This document shows, in pieces, positions 50,741 through 61,847 of a DNA stretch of 64,000 nt. Below the pieces are notes generated by a model, which saw only the letters and a program-made list of their open reading frames with translations, made no database searches and had not been told where the DNA came from. Position 1 is the first letter of the stretch; each line of letters begins with the position of its first letter. The position numbers and the translations under genes were made by a program. Origin of the DNA: Atribacterota bacterium (GTDB lineage Bacteria > Atribacterota > Phoenicimicrobiia > Phoenicimicrobiales > Stramentimicrobiaceae); the NCBI GenBank assembly GCA_040767965.1, contig JAXGNR010000010.1, forward strand, positions 32,001-96,000, given 5' to 3'.

Positions 50741-50930
50741 TGTGAATTAAAAATTAAAACTGCACACTTTTTTAACCGATTTAAAAATTAAAACTGCACA
50801 CCTGAAACTATAATCTAAAACAAAAAAATATAAGAGTTTTAATGATTCTGCGGAATTATCTATTTACTACTCCCCAAAAAAGCCAATCAGGAAAATCTCA
50901 GAAGACTTGGAGAGAAGTATTAAAAGAAGA
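50741..50930 (+). mobile_element. deleted remnant of the IS1202-type element
   Basis: TGTGAATTAAAAATTAAAACTGCACAC...CTGAAACTATAATCTAAAACAAAAA matches reverse complement of 55012-55063; AGGAAAATCTCAGAAGAC matches transposase 5' region. Confidence 0.8.
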
Positions 50931-51031
50931 CTAATAGGAGATCTCCATACTGGTCTAATTCCTCTTGTAAAATAGATTTGATTAAATTAATATTTAGTTA
51001 GGACATCTTGAACTATACTCATTAATTTTTT

Positions 51032-51290
51032 AAAGACGCTTTAATACACATAGATGTAGCTGCAAATCATTTTTTAAATAGTAAAAATGGAAAATACAAC
51101 CTATCATCAGAAAACAAACAATTAACTCCTTCTGAAATGATAGAATGTTTGGAAAAATTTGTTAGGCAATATCCTATTTATGCGATTAAAGATGGACCAA
51201 GAGAAGAAGGTTGGAATAATTGGCTGCCCTTACCAAATAAATTGGATCAGAGGTTGAATTAACTGGTGATGATTTTTCGTTACCAATGAA
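51032..51290 (+). pseudogene. enolase internal fragment
   Basis: IDVAANHF...EMIECLEKFVRQYPIYAIKDG..EEGW..W, then shifted ELTGDD.FVTN. Confidence 0.7.
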
Positions 51291-51854
51291 AATATTGAAG
51301 AAAGAAAAGACTTATATTAAATTCTAGAAGAATAGATGGTAGAAGTTATCCTAACAATAATATTAAAAAACTAATAAGGATTGTAAAAAATAATCTAATT
51401 AGAGGTAATCCTGAAAGTATCCTTATAGACAAAAAAGAAAATGAAATTGAACTGAAAAAATTAGAGTTCTTTAGGAGGGCATACATTTTCTAATGAAGAT
51501 CGTGTAAAAGGATGTAAAAAAAATAATTGAGATTGTAAAAGATTGTTGGAAGGAAGATTTAGTTTTCATAGTGGCAACCAATAGGATATCTTCTTTGCCC
51601 TATTAACACCGGTTGTAATGATGGGCCAGGAGATCAATTTAAGAAAGGTAAAAATTTCTACCCTGGCAGGTGGGATGGTAAATGGGTATACTGCAAGAGA
51701 AGCAAGGAAAAAAAGGATTGATTTGTTTAAGGAAATTACAAAACACAATACAAAACCTGCTTTGTTGGAGAAAAATAGTGGGATAATTGCAAAACATAAT
51801 ATTAGCGTAATTGACCTAACTGCTATTTTGATTAAAAATAATAAAAAGGTATAA
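51287..51854 (+). pseudogene. degraded glycerate kinase type-2 (DUF4147/MOFRL)-like gene
   Basis: Fragments NED.VKGCKKIIEI, EDLVFIVATN.ISSL and AGGMVNGYTAREARKKRIDLFKEITKHNT...NISVIDL; stops and large deletions. Confidence 0.55.
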
Positions 51855-51927
51855 AAAACCAAAAAGTGTTTTGTAATGACAAATAACATAAATATAAAGA
51901 AATATTACAAATGAAAGGATTAAAAAG

Positions 51928-53211
51928 ATGGGGAAAGGTACAAATATTAAATCAGTATTTGCAAGGGAGGTATTTACTGAAAGAGGACATCCAGGCGTCG
52001 AAACAACAGTAATTACTGAAGATGGAAGTATTTCAAAGGCAGTATCTACAAGTGGTGTTTCGATGGGGCAATATGAAGCGAAATTTACTCTTGATGGTGG
52101 TACTCGATGGAATGGTTTGGGTGTAATTAAAGCAGTCAATAATGTGAATAATATTATTGCACCAAAAATTATTGGTATTGAATCTGAAAAACAAAGGAAA
52201 ATTGATGAAGTAATATTAGAATTAGATGGAACTAAAGATAAGTCTAATCTTGGTGCAAATGCTACAGGCAGTGTCTCAGCGGCAGTATTGAAGGCAGGTG
52301 CTTCCAGTTTAGGTATTCCTCTTTATCAACATATAGGAGGAGTTCATGCTTGTATACTTCCTGTACCTGGAATAATTTTTATGATAGGTTCAAAAAGGTA
52401 TGGAGGGGGCTCCAAATCAGGAGGTAAACCTTCTTACAGTGTAATGGCTTATGGGTTTGATACATTTAGTGAAGCTTCTTATGCAGCATGGGAAATCAAA
52501 ACAGATTTTGAGAAAAAAATTATTGATAAACTAAACCTTACACCATCTCCAAGTCTTTTTACCAATTTTGTAATACCATTTGGAGTGATTAAAGATGATA
52601 GGGTTTTTTTAGATATTTTAACTGATTCTATTAACTCTTTAGGATATAAAGACAAGGCGGGAATTCAAGTTGATGTGGCTGCTGGTACATATTATGATAG
52701 AAAAAAATATAAATATATTGGTATTTTTTCAGAGAAAGAAAAAAATAGAGAAGAAATGATTTCTTTATATAAAGAATTAGTAGAAAATTATCCTTTTGTA
52801 ATAATTGAGGATCCGTTAGAGGAGGATGATTTTGAAGGTCATTCATATTTGAAGAACAATTTAGGAGTTGAAATTGTTGGTGACGATCTTTTTACAACCA
52901 ATATTGAAAGAGTCAAAATAGGAATAAAAATGGATTCTGCACATTCTGTCCTTCTAAAAGTATATCAAATTGGAACAATAAGCGAAGCCTTTGATATGGT
53001 TAATTTTGCCAATAGGAATGGTATGAATATTCAACCGTGTAGTAGTCGAGGAGAAGGTCAAGATATAGCAGATTATTCAGTAGGTTTAAATGCAGGATAT
53101 ATAAGGGAGAGCGCAATTGGGAATGAGGGGAATAGGTTATTAGAAATAGAAGCTCAATTAGGGAATCAAGCAAAATTTTTAGGGAAAAAAGCTTTTAAAG
53201 GTTTTCTTTAA
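51928..53211 (+). CDS. divergent enolase homolog
   Basis: AREV, LDGT.DKSNLGANA, DVAA, IEDP, GDDLF and LKVYQIGT present; several catalytic motifs replaced. Confidence 0.85.
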   Translation: MGKGTNIKSVFAREVFTERGHPGVETTVITEDGSISKAVSTSGVSMGQYEAKFTLDGGTRWNGLGVIKAVNNVNNIIAPKIIGIESEKQRKIDEVILELDGTKDKSNLGANATGSVSAAVLKAGASSLGIPLYQHIGGVHACILPVPGIIFMIGSKRYGGGSKSGGKPSYSVMAYGFDTFSEASYAAWEIKTDFEKKIIDKLNLTPSPSLFTNFVIPFGVIKDDRVFLDILTDSINSLGYKDKAGIQVDVAAGTYYDRKKYKYIGIFSEKEKNREEMISLYKELVENYPFVIIEDPLEEDDFEGHSYLKNNLGVEIVGDDLFTTNIERVKIGIKMDSAHSVLLKVYQIGTISEAFDMVNFANRNGMNIQPCSSRGEGQDIADYSVGLNAGYIRESAIGNEGNRLLEIEAQLGNQAKFLGKKAFKGFL

Positions 53212-53355
53212 GAATAACCTCAAAAATTAAAAAAGAAAAAATTACAGTAAAATAAAGAATATTTAATAAAGGTTTTAATATTTCTCTTAAAAAATAAATA
53301 ATTTGATGACTAAAATTTTATAATTTTATTTTTTAGAATTTTATGACCCTATTGA

Positions 53356-53407
53356 AATATTTAGAAATATCCTAAATTCTTAAGAATTTAGGATATTTCT
53401 AAATATT
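53356..53407. repeat. perfect 52-bp spacerless palindrome
   Basis: AATATTTAGAAATATCCTAAATTCTT|AAGAATTTAGGATATTTCTAAATATT. Confidence 0.95.
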
Positions 53408-53487
53408 AGACCAGTATTTTAATATTCATTATTCCCAAAATATTTATTAATAATTTTGCTAAGAGTAATCTATTTTTTAAGGTAATA

Positions 53488-53630
53488 AAAAGGGTTAATG
53501 GTACTATATAGCCAGAATATCTGGATCGATTCTATGATGAGACGAATATAGTTAGAATCAATGAAATACTTTTATGACTGTCTCACTGAGTATAATCACT
53601 TCTATCGTCCCTATAGGGGTTTAAATCTTT
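53488..53630 (+). pseudogene. possible integrase-core transposase remnant
   Basis: KRVNGTI*..EYLDRFY..., shifted LTEYNHFYRPYRGLN resembling YN..RPH..L. Confidence 0.3.
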
Positions 53631-53713
53631 TGGATGCCAATAGAATGTTGTAGTAAGTTAATAAATAATAAAGACCCCTGCTATTTTGCAGATGTATTGA
53701 CGCAAACAGGTAC

Positions 53714-55063
53714 TGTTAGTTAATTTTTAAAAGTGCACATTTTAAGTTTTAAAAATGCATATTGAGATCACTATTTTTCACTATTTGTGTACCTAAAAAT
53801 TGATCTTTATGCCAGAATCTAACTTCAGATAGGCCGGATCTTTTTCCGGATATTCGAAGTTGTATTCTTTCATGAATAGGCATTGGGAACTTTGAATTCT
53901 AATTTATTGATAGATATCTTATGATAAGACATTGATCATCCTTTCTGCTCTTAAGCAGAAGATATCCTTGTTTTCTTGACTGAAATGGTGGTGTAATACT
54001 AAAGGTTCGAAAGAGAGTTTTATTTTCTCTTATAGCTCTTTGAAATCTCATATAGGGAACTTCTTTTTTGTGGTAGAGTGAATCCAGTGGTGATTGTATT
54101 GGTTAATTAGCTTATTTAAAAATAATTTGAGCTTTGTTAATATCAGTAATTCCTTCCTGGCACAGGTTCTCACCAAATGATCCTGAATCCATTGATAAGG
54201 TCTTTCAATCTTGCCTTTGGCCTGCGGGGATAAGGCATAAGTCACCTTGATCCGACAATCATCCAATACGTTTCACTGTGGACTTATCTGGTCAGTCAGA
54301 CGGTAATGATTGCTACAGTAACTATCTCTGCCCTGGACAAAGCGAAAGACTAAAATGGCTGTCCACATAATAACACAGGGGAATGCCATAGTTTAATAAA
54401 AATATATTCCAAGGCTAGAATATGCTCCTGCAGCTGGTTTCTTGGCAACCAGGATAGCATAGAGGATAAGCTAAATCATCCAGTGAAGTAATAATACCAT
54501 TTGTCAGCATATGGTGAGAATTTGTGATGAGAGGAATCATGCTGAATGAGCTGTCCTGGATAATAGTCAAAACCTCCTGTCATGAGCTTTCTCTCTTGCT
54601 TTTGGGAAATAGCAATTATTTGCCTCGCCCGGTCAATGATGGTGGAAGTGATACCTTCTGTTGGTAATCCTGTTCTAATAGATCTTTAATATAGCTGTAA
54701 TTGTAATGTTTTATTGGTGTATTCGGATTTTCGATTAATGATTTTTCCATTTGTAGTTCTCTTTAATATTTTTCTCCAGGTCTTCTGAGATCTTCCTGGT
54801 TGGTTTGTTACGGGAATAACAAATAGAGAATCCCTCAGGATCATTCTTGAATTCTTTGACTAACTGAAAGAATCTTCTCTTTTTAATACCCAGGATTTCC
54901 TGCAGGTATTTTCTCTCTATCTTATTCTCCATATATCGCTTCAATAGGTCTTTTGACCTGATCATTGTTAAATTTCTTGTGCAACTGAACCATAACCTAA
55001 AACCTCTCATGTTTTTGTTTTAGATTATAGTTTCAGGTGTGCACTTTTAATTTTTAATTCACA
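53714..55063 (-). mobile_element. IS1202-family (ex-ISNCY) element with 16-bp target duplication
   Basis: TGT...ACA termini; imperfect 26-bp IRs ending TTAAAAGTGCACA; TGACGCAAACAGGTAC at 53698-53713 and 55064-55079. Confidence 0.85.
53760..55010 (-). pseudogene. frameshifted DDE transposase
   Basis: ILGIKKRRFFQL, GQLIQHDSSHH, ALSPQAKGKIERPYQWIQD and YNHHWIHSTT in different frames; 3' end approximate. Confidence 0.85.
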
Positions 55064-56040
55064 TGACGCAAACAGGTACTTGACAGTATTAAAGTATTTA
55101 TTATGATATTTGTTAAGAATAATTAAAAAAACAAAATAAAATAGAAATATAAGTTGTATATTTATATTATATTCGTACCTCATTTACGTAATAACACCTC
55201 AACAGTATTCTCTACATGATAATGTTTGCAAAAAGATTAATATTAGAGAGTATAAATGCAATAATATTAATAGTCCATTATTATTAAAATAAACAATATT
55301 TTTATTGTAATTTTAAGTAAACAAATATCCAAAATTTCAATCATTAATATTTAAAGTACTAAATTTTACAAATTTATTACTCATAAAAATTAACTCTTAA
55401 TCCAAAAAAGATTTCCTTACTAATAGGCTTTTATATTTTTTAGTTTGTTGAAATATAATTACTGAAAAGATAAGTATTTATAATAAAAGAAACGGAAATT
55501 CCTTATTAATTTTCACTAAAAATATATTTTATAAAATTCTTTATATTATCTATATTTCTTTAATTTAGTAATTTATTAAAATATTTTCAAGGTCTAAATA
55601 TAACTTAAATATAACTGAAGGTATTTTTTAAAAAATAGTCTTATAGTCTTAAAAATAGATCTTTGAAAAATAAATATTAAAAAAAACAAGATTAGCTTAT
55701 TTTTTAATGATGAAAACTTTTTTATTTTTATATTCTTATTAAAGAAGATACAAAATACTAATTTGCCAAAAATCTAAACGAATACTCCAAAGAAATATAT
55801 AATCAAAATCTCCAAATCTAAAGACGAGTATTGAATATCTTTAATTCATTTATAAACTAATTTATTTCTTAAAAATTTATAAAAAATTAGACATACTGAG
55901 GCCCTCTTTATTTTAAATAAAAGAACTAGCAAAGTAAAAGAAGGCAAGCTCTAAAGGAGGTGATTTTTAAAATAACATAATAGAAATTTATAAGACTTTT
56001 AAAAATGTTACTGGAGAAAGGAGAAATAAAAAAAGAAATT

Positions 56041-57237
56041 ATGAAAATTACGAGTATAGATGTAATTGAAGTAACTACTGCTAGAGCAACTGTAAAAGGA
56101 GTTCCTTGGTTTCCAGTGATAGCAAGGATTAACACAGATGAAGGAATTAGTGGTTTTGGTGAGGTAGGATTAGCATATGGCAACTCCCAAAAAGCAGCAT
56201 TTGGTATCCTGAGAGATTTTGCTCCTTTAGTAGTTGGCATGGATCCCTTTGATACAGAAAGAATTTGGCAGAATTTATTAACTAAGACATTTTGGGGTCA
56301 AGGAGGTGGTGGGGTAATTTTTGGTGGAATAAGTGCAATAGACACAGCTCTTTGGGATATCAAAGGGAAGGCGTTAAATTTACCTGTTTATAAACTTCTT
56401 GGAGGAAAGACAAGGGATAAATTGAGAGCCTACGCTAGTCAAATCCAGTTTGATTGGGGCAAAGAAAGCAATCCGTTATGTAAACCAGAAGAATATGCCG
56501 AAGCAGCACTTAAAGCAAAAGAAGAAGGGTATGATTGTGTTAAAGTAGACCCGGTGGGGTTTAATCTTAATAAGCAATGGGTTTCAACACATGAAGACTG
56601 GGTTTTATCTGGTGTATTGACACAAGATAAAGTAAGACTAGCTTATGAAAGAGTAAAAGCAATAAGAGAAGCCTGTGGCCCTGATATGGATATTATCATC
56701 GAACTACATTGTTTTACAGATACAAATACTGCTATTCAATTAGGAAGGATACTTGCAGATTTAAACTGTTTTTACTTTGAAGAGCCGACAGCCCCATTAA
56801 ATACCAAATTATTTACTGAAATTGCCAGAGAAGTAAAAATACCCATTGCAAGTGGAGAGAGGATTTATACAAGGTGGGGTTACAGGCCTTTCTTTGAAGA
56901 AAGATCTATCCATGTTATACAGCCAGATTTAGGTACATGTGGAGGCATAGGTGAAGGTAAAAAGATATGCGATATGGCACATATCTATGATATAGGAGTC
57001 CAAATACATGTTTGTGGTAGTCCTATTGCCACCGCTGCAGCTTTACATGTAGAGACTGCTATTCCGAATTTTGTAATTCATGAACATCATGCCGCTGCCC
57101 TTTTAGAAGACAATATTAATACCTGTAAATATGATTATCAGCCTAAAGAAGGTTGTTTTAAAGTACCTGAACTTCCAGGAATAGGTCAAGAACTTTCAGA
57201 TCATGCTATTAAGAATGCAAATATTATTGCTAACTAG
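56041..57237 (+). CDS. mandelate racemase/MLE family dehydratase (DgoD-like)
   Basis: TDEGISGFGE, SAIDTALWDIKGK, KVD, ELH, EEP, SGER, QPD, HEHH; start likely 56041. Confidence 0.92.
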   Translation: MKITSIDVIEVTTARATVKGVPWFPVIARINTDEGISGFGEVGLAYGNSQKAAFGILRDFAPLVVGMDPFDTERIWQNLLTKTFWGQGGGGVIFGGISAIDTALWDIKGKALNLPVYKLLGGKTRDKLRAYASQIQFDWGKESNPLCKPEEYAEAALKAKEEGYDCVKVDPVGFNLNKQWVSTHEDWVLSGVLTQDKVRLAYERVKAIREACGPDMDIIIELHCFTDTNTAIQLGRILADLNCFYFEEPTAPLNTKLFTEIAREVKIPIASGERIYTRWGYRPFFEERSIHVIQPDLGTCGGIGEGKKICDMAHIYDIGVQIHVCGSPIATAAALHVETAIPNFVIHEHHAAALLEDNINTCKYDYQPKEGCFKVPELPGIGQELSDHAIKNANIIAN

Positions 57238-57277
57238 CAATTAAAATTTTTATTTATAAAAATAAAGGAGCTAAAAA

Positions 57278-58336
57278 ATGAAAATTAAAACAGAAAAATT
57301 ATTTTTTGTATCTATTTTAGTTATGGTGGTTATGTTTAGTGCTATTTCTGCAATTAATGCGCAAGACAAGGTTTATAGGTTAGATTGGGTCTCAGGAGAA
57401 CCTGGCACACATACTTATCAAATTTCTGCAAGTTTAATAGATGCATTGAATAAAGCAGCTGAAGGACGTTTAATAGTAAATCACGTTGGGCAAGGCGAAA
57501 TTGTTCCAAATACTCAAGAAATGCAAGGTGTTAATGATGGGATTATTGATATGGGAACATGCCCTTGTGCATGGGCACAATCTCAGGTACCTCAATCTTC
57601 ACTTTTTTCTGGTGCAGTAGGAGGGCTTTCTGATGCTGCTATGGATATTTGGTTAAGACATTATGGTGGTTTTGAATTAATGAAAAAAGCTTGGGAGAAA
57701 GGTTTCCCAAATCTTGTAATGTTTTCCCCTCCAGGCTCAATTATGGGAGAAGTTTGGGGATATTCAAAGAAAAAATTAGAAACACCTGAAGATATAAAAG
57801 GTTTAAGGATGCGTTGTATGGGTGATGCAGGAGAAATCTTCAATAGAATGGGTGCGTCTGTTGTATTCCTTCCAGGAGGAGAAATATATGAAGCAATGAG
57901 CAGGGGTGTTATTGACTGGGCTGAATGGGCTGATATAAGAGCAGGTTGGGATTATGGTTTTCAGGAATTAGCTGAATATGCATATTTTTCATTAACTAGA
58001 GCTCCTTCGAACAGACAGGCTATGTTTATTAATAAAGATATTTGGGAATCTTTACCTGAAGATTTACAAAATTTACTTGTAGTCTGGGCAGAATATTTTA
58101 AGAGAGTTCGTTATGAAGATTATGTAACAAGCGATATGGAATATTTGTCAAAATTAGAAGAATTTGGAGTAAAAGTCCAAAGGGTTCCAGAAAGTATTGA
58201 AAATGCTTTACTTGCAGAAGCAGATGCTTTTTATACTGAAAAATCAGAAAATGATCCGCTTTTTGCAGAAATTTATAAGTCACAACAAGAATTTAAAGAA
58301 AAATATGAAAATTTTGAACAATATATGCTCAGATAA
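57278..58336 (+). CDS. dctP: TRAP transporter substrate-binding protein
   Basis: Signal peptide; DIKGLRMR, PGGEIYEAMSRGVID. Confidence 0.9.
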   Translation: MKIKTEKLFFVSILVMVVMFSAISAINAQDKVYRLDWVSGEPGTHTYQISASLIDALNKAAEGRLIVNHVGQGEIVPNTQEMQGVNDGIIDMGTCPCAWAQSQVPQSSLFSGAVGGLSDAAMDIWLRHYGGFELMKKAWEKGFPNLVMFSPPGSIMGEVWGYSKKKLETPEDIKGLRMRCMGDAGEIFNRMGASVVFLPGGEIYEAMSRGVIDWAEWADIRAGWDYGFQELAEYAYFSLTRAPSNRQAMFINKDIWESLPEDLQNLLVVWAEYFKRVRYEDYVTSDMEYLSKLEEFGVKVQRVPESIENALLAEADAFYTEKSENDPLFAEIYKSQQEFKEKYENFEQYMLR

Positions 58337-58402
58337 TATAAATAGTTTTTTAATTTAAATATGAGTATATAAATTAAGATTAGTTTGATAAACTATTTGT
58401 TC

Positions 58403-58469
58403 ATTAAAACAAAGGGGCTAAAACAGGATTTTAAAAATTTAAAAAGATAAAAGTCCCTTTGTTTTAATG
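58403..58469 (+). terminator. stem-loop after dctP
   Basis: CATTAAAACAAAGGG...CCCTTTGTTTTAATG. Confidence 0.55.
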
Positions 58470-58731
58470 TATTATCTTTTTCTAATTATTCATAATTTTT
58501 AAATTAGAAAGTCAATAACATATAATTAAAAGTTTGAATGGTTTTTCAAATTAATTTGATAGCTTATTAATTTAATTTTAAAAATACTAAAAATAATTAA
58601 TATTATTTTTAACACTTAATGATTAATAATTTTATACAATTAATATTAAAAAGTATATTAAAAATATACTAGAAGAAAAAATAATAAATAATTGTTGAGA
58701 TAAAATATTAAAGGAGGTTAAGAATTATTTA

Positions 58732-59252
58732 ATGCAAAAGCAAAAAGTATTTTTATAAATATATAGAAATAACTGAGAAACTTGTTAATTTGTGCTTTTA
58801 ATATTAATAGATGGGTGACACTTCTTCTGATCTTAGTTATTATTTATGATGTTATTGCTAGATATATATTTAATTCTCCAACTATATGGGGTTATGACAC
58901 AGTATGTATGCTTGGACTTGTTGTATATACTCTTGGATGGAGCTATGTTCAACTCAATGACTCACATGTTAGAATTGATGTTTTTTATGAAAAAATGTCA
59001 GATAGACAAAAAGCCATTGTTGATGCAATTGGAGACATTTTAATAGGAATCCCTGTTTGTCTAATTTATATAAATATTACCTACAACTATACAAGAAGAG
59101 CCTTTTCTTCAGGAGAAGTGTTGCAAAGTTCTTTTTGGTATCCCCCTGCCGGACCTGTTAGAACTGTTTATTTTATTGGAATGGTATTTTCTTTAATTGT
59201 TCGCAGATTAATCCAATCATTTTATTTAATTTTTAAAGGAGAGAAAATATGA
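58732..59252 (+). CDS. dctQ: TRAP small permease, 5' end frameshifted
   Basis: YDVIARYIFNSPTIW, HVRIDVFY; ATG 58732 after AGGAGG is out of frame with the body. Confidence 0.75.
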
Positions 59253-60583
59253 GTCCAGAAGCAATAACATTAATTTTGGTATAGCGATATTGGGGGAGGA
59301 GTAACTGGCTATCCTATAGCATTGATTTTAGGGGGATCGGCACATTGATAGGGTTATGGCAGTTGGGGCCAATGGCCATAAGCCTCATTTATATGAGAAG
59401 CTTTGGACACCTAATGAACTATACCCTATTGGCTATTCCTTTATTTGTTTTTATGGGGGGTATATTCTTGGTCATTCAGGAGTAGCTAGAAAATTATATG
59501 ATACATTATATTTAATGTTTGCTAGAACAAGAGGAGGACTGGCCGCTGCTACGGTTATTATAGGGGCAATAGTTGCTGCATGTGTTGGAGTAATAGGAGC
59601 ATCTATTGCAATTCTAACAGTGCTTGCATTGCCTTCAATGCTTGAAAAAATATGATAAAGCGCTTGCATCAGGAGCAATATGCTCTGGTGGAACTCTTGG
59701 TATACTAATACCACCTAGTGTTATGCTGGTAGTGTATGGGCCGATGGCTCAGATTTCAGTAGGCAGATTGTTTTTGGGGGCTTTTGCACCTGGATTTTTA
59801 CTAGCAATTTTATATGTTGTTTATATTTTAATTATAGCAAGGCTAAAACCAGAATTAGGGCCCTCAGCTCCAGCAGAGGAATTGGAAGGAGTAACCTTAA
59901 GCAAAAAACTAGTTTCACTATTAACCTCTTTGGTGCCAATTGCTTTTATTATTTTAGCAGTATTGGGAGTTATATATTTGGGAATCGCAGCCCCAACGGA
60001 GGCTGCTGGGATGGGCAGTCTTGGTGCTGTTATCTTATGTATTTTTTACAAAAGATTTTCTATGAAACTTGTTAAAGATGCTTTGCTGGATACTTTAAAT
60101 GTTAGTTCTTATATTGCAGCTGTAGGAGTGTTTGCAAACGGGCTTGTTGGTATTTTTTTAAAACTGGGTTGTGGAGATGTAATCAGTAATCTCATTTTAA
60201 GTGCTCCAGGTGGAAGGTGGGGCTCTTTTTTAGTAATTATGTTAGTACTTTTTGTTCTAGGAATGTTTATCAGTTGGGTAGGGATTATTTTTATTATGGT
60301 ACCTTTGATATCACCCATTGCAATTCATCTTGGTTTTGATCCAGTGTGGTTTGCCATAGTAGTGTGTGTAAATTTACAATTATCATTTATGACGCCACCA
60401 ATGGCTCCTTCGATTTTTTATCTTAGAGGTATGGTTACAAAAGAACAAAAAGTTACTACTACACATATTATTAAAGGCGTCTTGCCTTTTTTGGGTATTA
60501 TTGTTTTTACAATAATACTTTTAGTAATTTTCCCTGAAATTATTACCTGGCTTCCTAATAGCATGACCAGAACCGGATGGTAG
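59249..60583 (+). pseudogene. dctM: TRAP large permease with several frameshifts, possibly sequencing error
   Basis: MSPEAIT start; SGVARKLY...GGLA; GTLGILIPPS, APTEAA and TPPM in separate frames. Confidence 0.85.
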
Positions 60584-60650
60584 ATTATTAAAAAATAATA
60601 ATTATTAAAATAAAATTAAAAATAAAAGTAAAATAAAAAGGAGAGTATTT

Positions 60651-61823
60651 ATGAAGATTACGAAAATTGAAGTGATTCAGGTTAAAACAAGTCGTGAATT
60701 GTGGCGTCCAATAATTTGTCGTATTTATACTGATGAAGGTATTTATGGAGACGGTGAAGCTGCTTTGGCTTATAGAAATGCAGCCCCTGGAGCTTGGAAT
60801 GATTAAAGAATTAGCTTCTTTAATCATTGGCATGAACCCCTTAGACAATGAGGTTATCTGGGAAAAATTATACAAACAAACATTCTGGGGACAAAATGGA
60901 GGGCCTGTTTTCTTTGCTGGTTTGAGTGCTTTAGATGTACTTACTATGGGATATTAAAGGTAAGTATTTCAATGTGCCTTTATGTGTACTCCTTGGTGGT
61001 AAGAGGAATGATAATATTCGTTGTTATGCCAGCCAATTACAATTTGATTGGGATTCAAAGATTACTCCAATGTCTTCTACTCAAGATTATATTGAAGCTG
61101 CCAAAAGCTTTAGCTGATGGATATGATGCTGTAAAAGTCGATTTCTTCACATATGATAAAGATGGTACTCCCTTTACTTCTAAAGACACAGCGAAGCTTT
61201 TAAGCCCATATTATGTTGATCTTATAGAAGAAAGAATAGCAGCAGTAAGAGAAACTGTTGGTCAAAATGTTGATATAATTATGGAAAATCATTCATTTCC
61301 TGATGCCCAATCTGCTGTTCAATTAGGACGTAGGGCACAAAAGTATAATATATTCTACTATGAGGAACCCAATACACCAACACCTAAGCTTGCAAAGTAT
61401 ATTTGCGACAAACTGGAGATGCCTATTGCTCATGGAGAAAGAATCTATACAAGATGGCAATATGCTCCTTATTTTGAAAATTGCTCTGTACAGGTTATAC
61501 AGCCTGACATTGGGAACTGTGGTGGATTAACTGAAGCTAAGAAGATATGCGATATGGCCTATACTTATGATGTTAACGTTCAGGCTCATGTTTGTGCTAG
61601 TCCTCTATCTACAGCTGTTGCCCTGCATCTTGAAGCAGTAATTCCTAATTTTTTAATTCATGAGCATCATCGGTATAATTTACTTGATCTTAACAAAGAG
61701 CTTTGTATTTACGACTATCAACCAGTAAATGGTAAGTATAAAATTCCAGAATTACCTGGAATTGGGAATGAATTTTCTGAAGTCGCTTTAAACAATTACA
61801 AAGAAAAAGTAACAGTTGAATAA
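60651..61823 (+). pseudogene. second MR/MLE family dehydratase, split by about four frameshifts
   Basis: MKITKIE...TDEGIYGDGE / TFWGQNGG / LWDIKGK..YASQLQF / KVD, ENH, EEP, HGER, QPD, HEHH. Confidence 0.88.
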
Positions 61824-61847
61824 ATATAATTAATTTTTTTAATAAAG

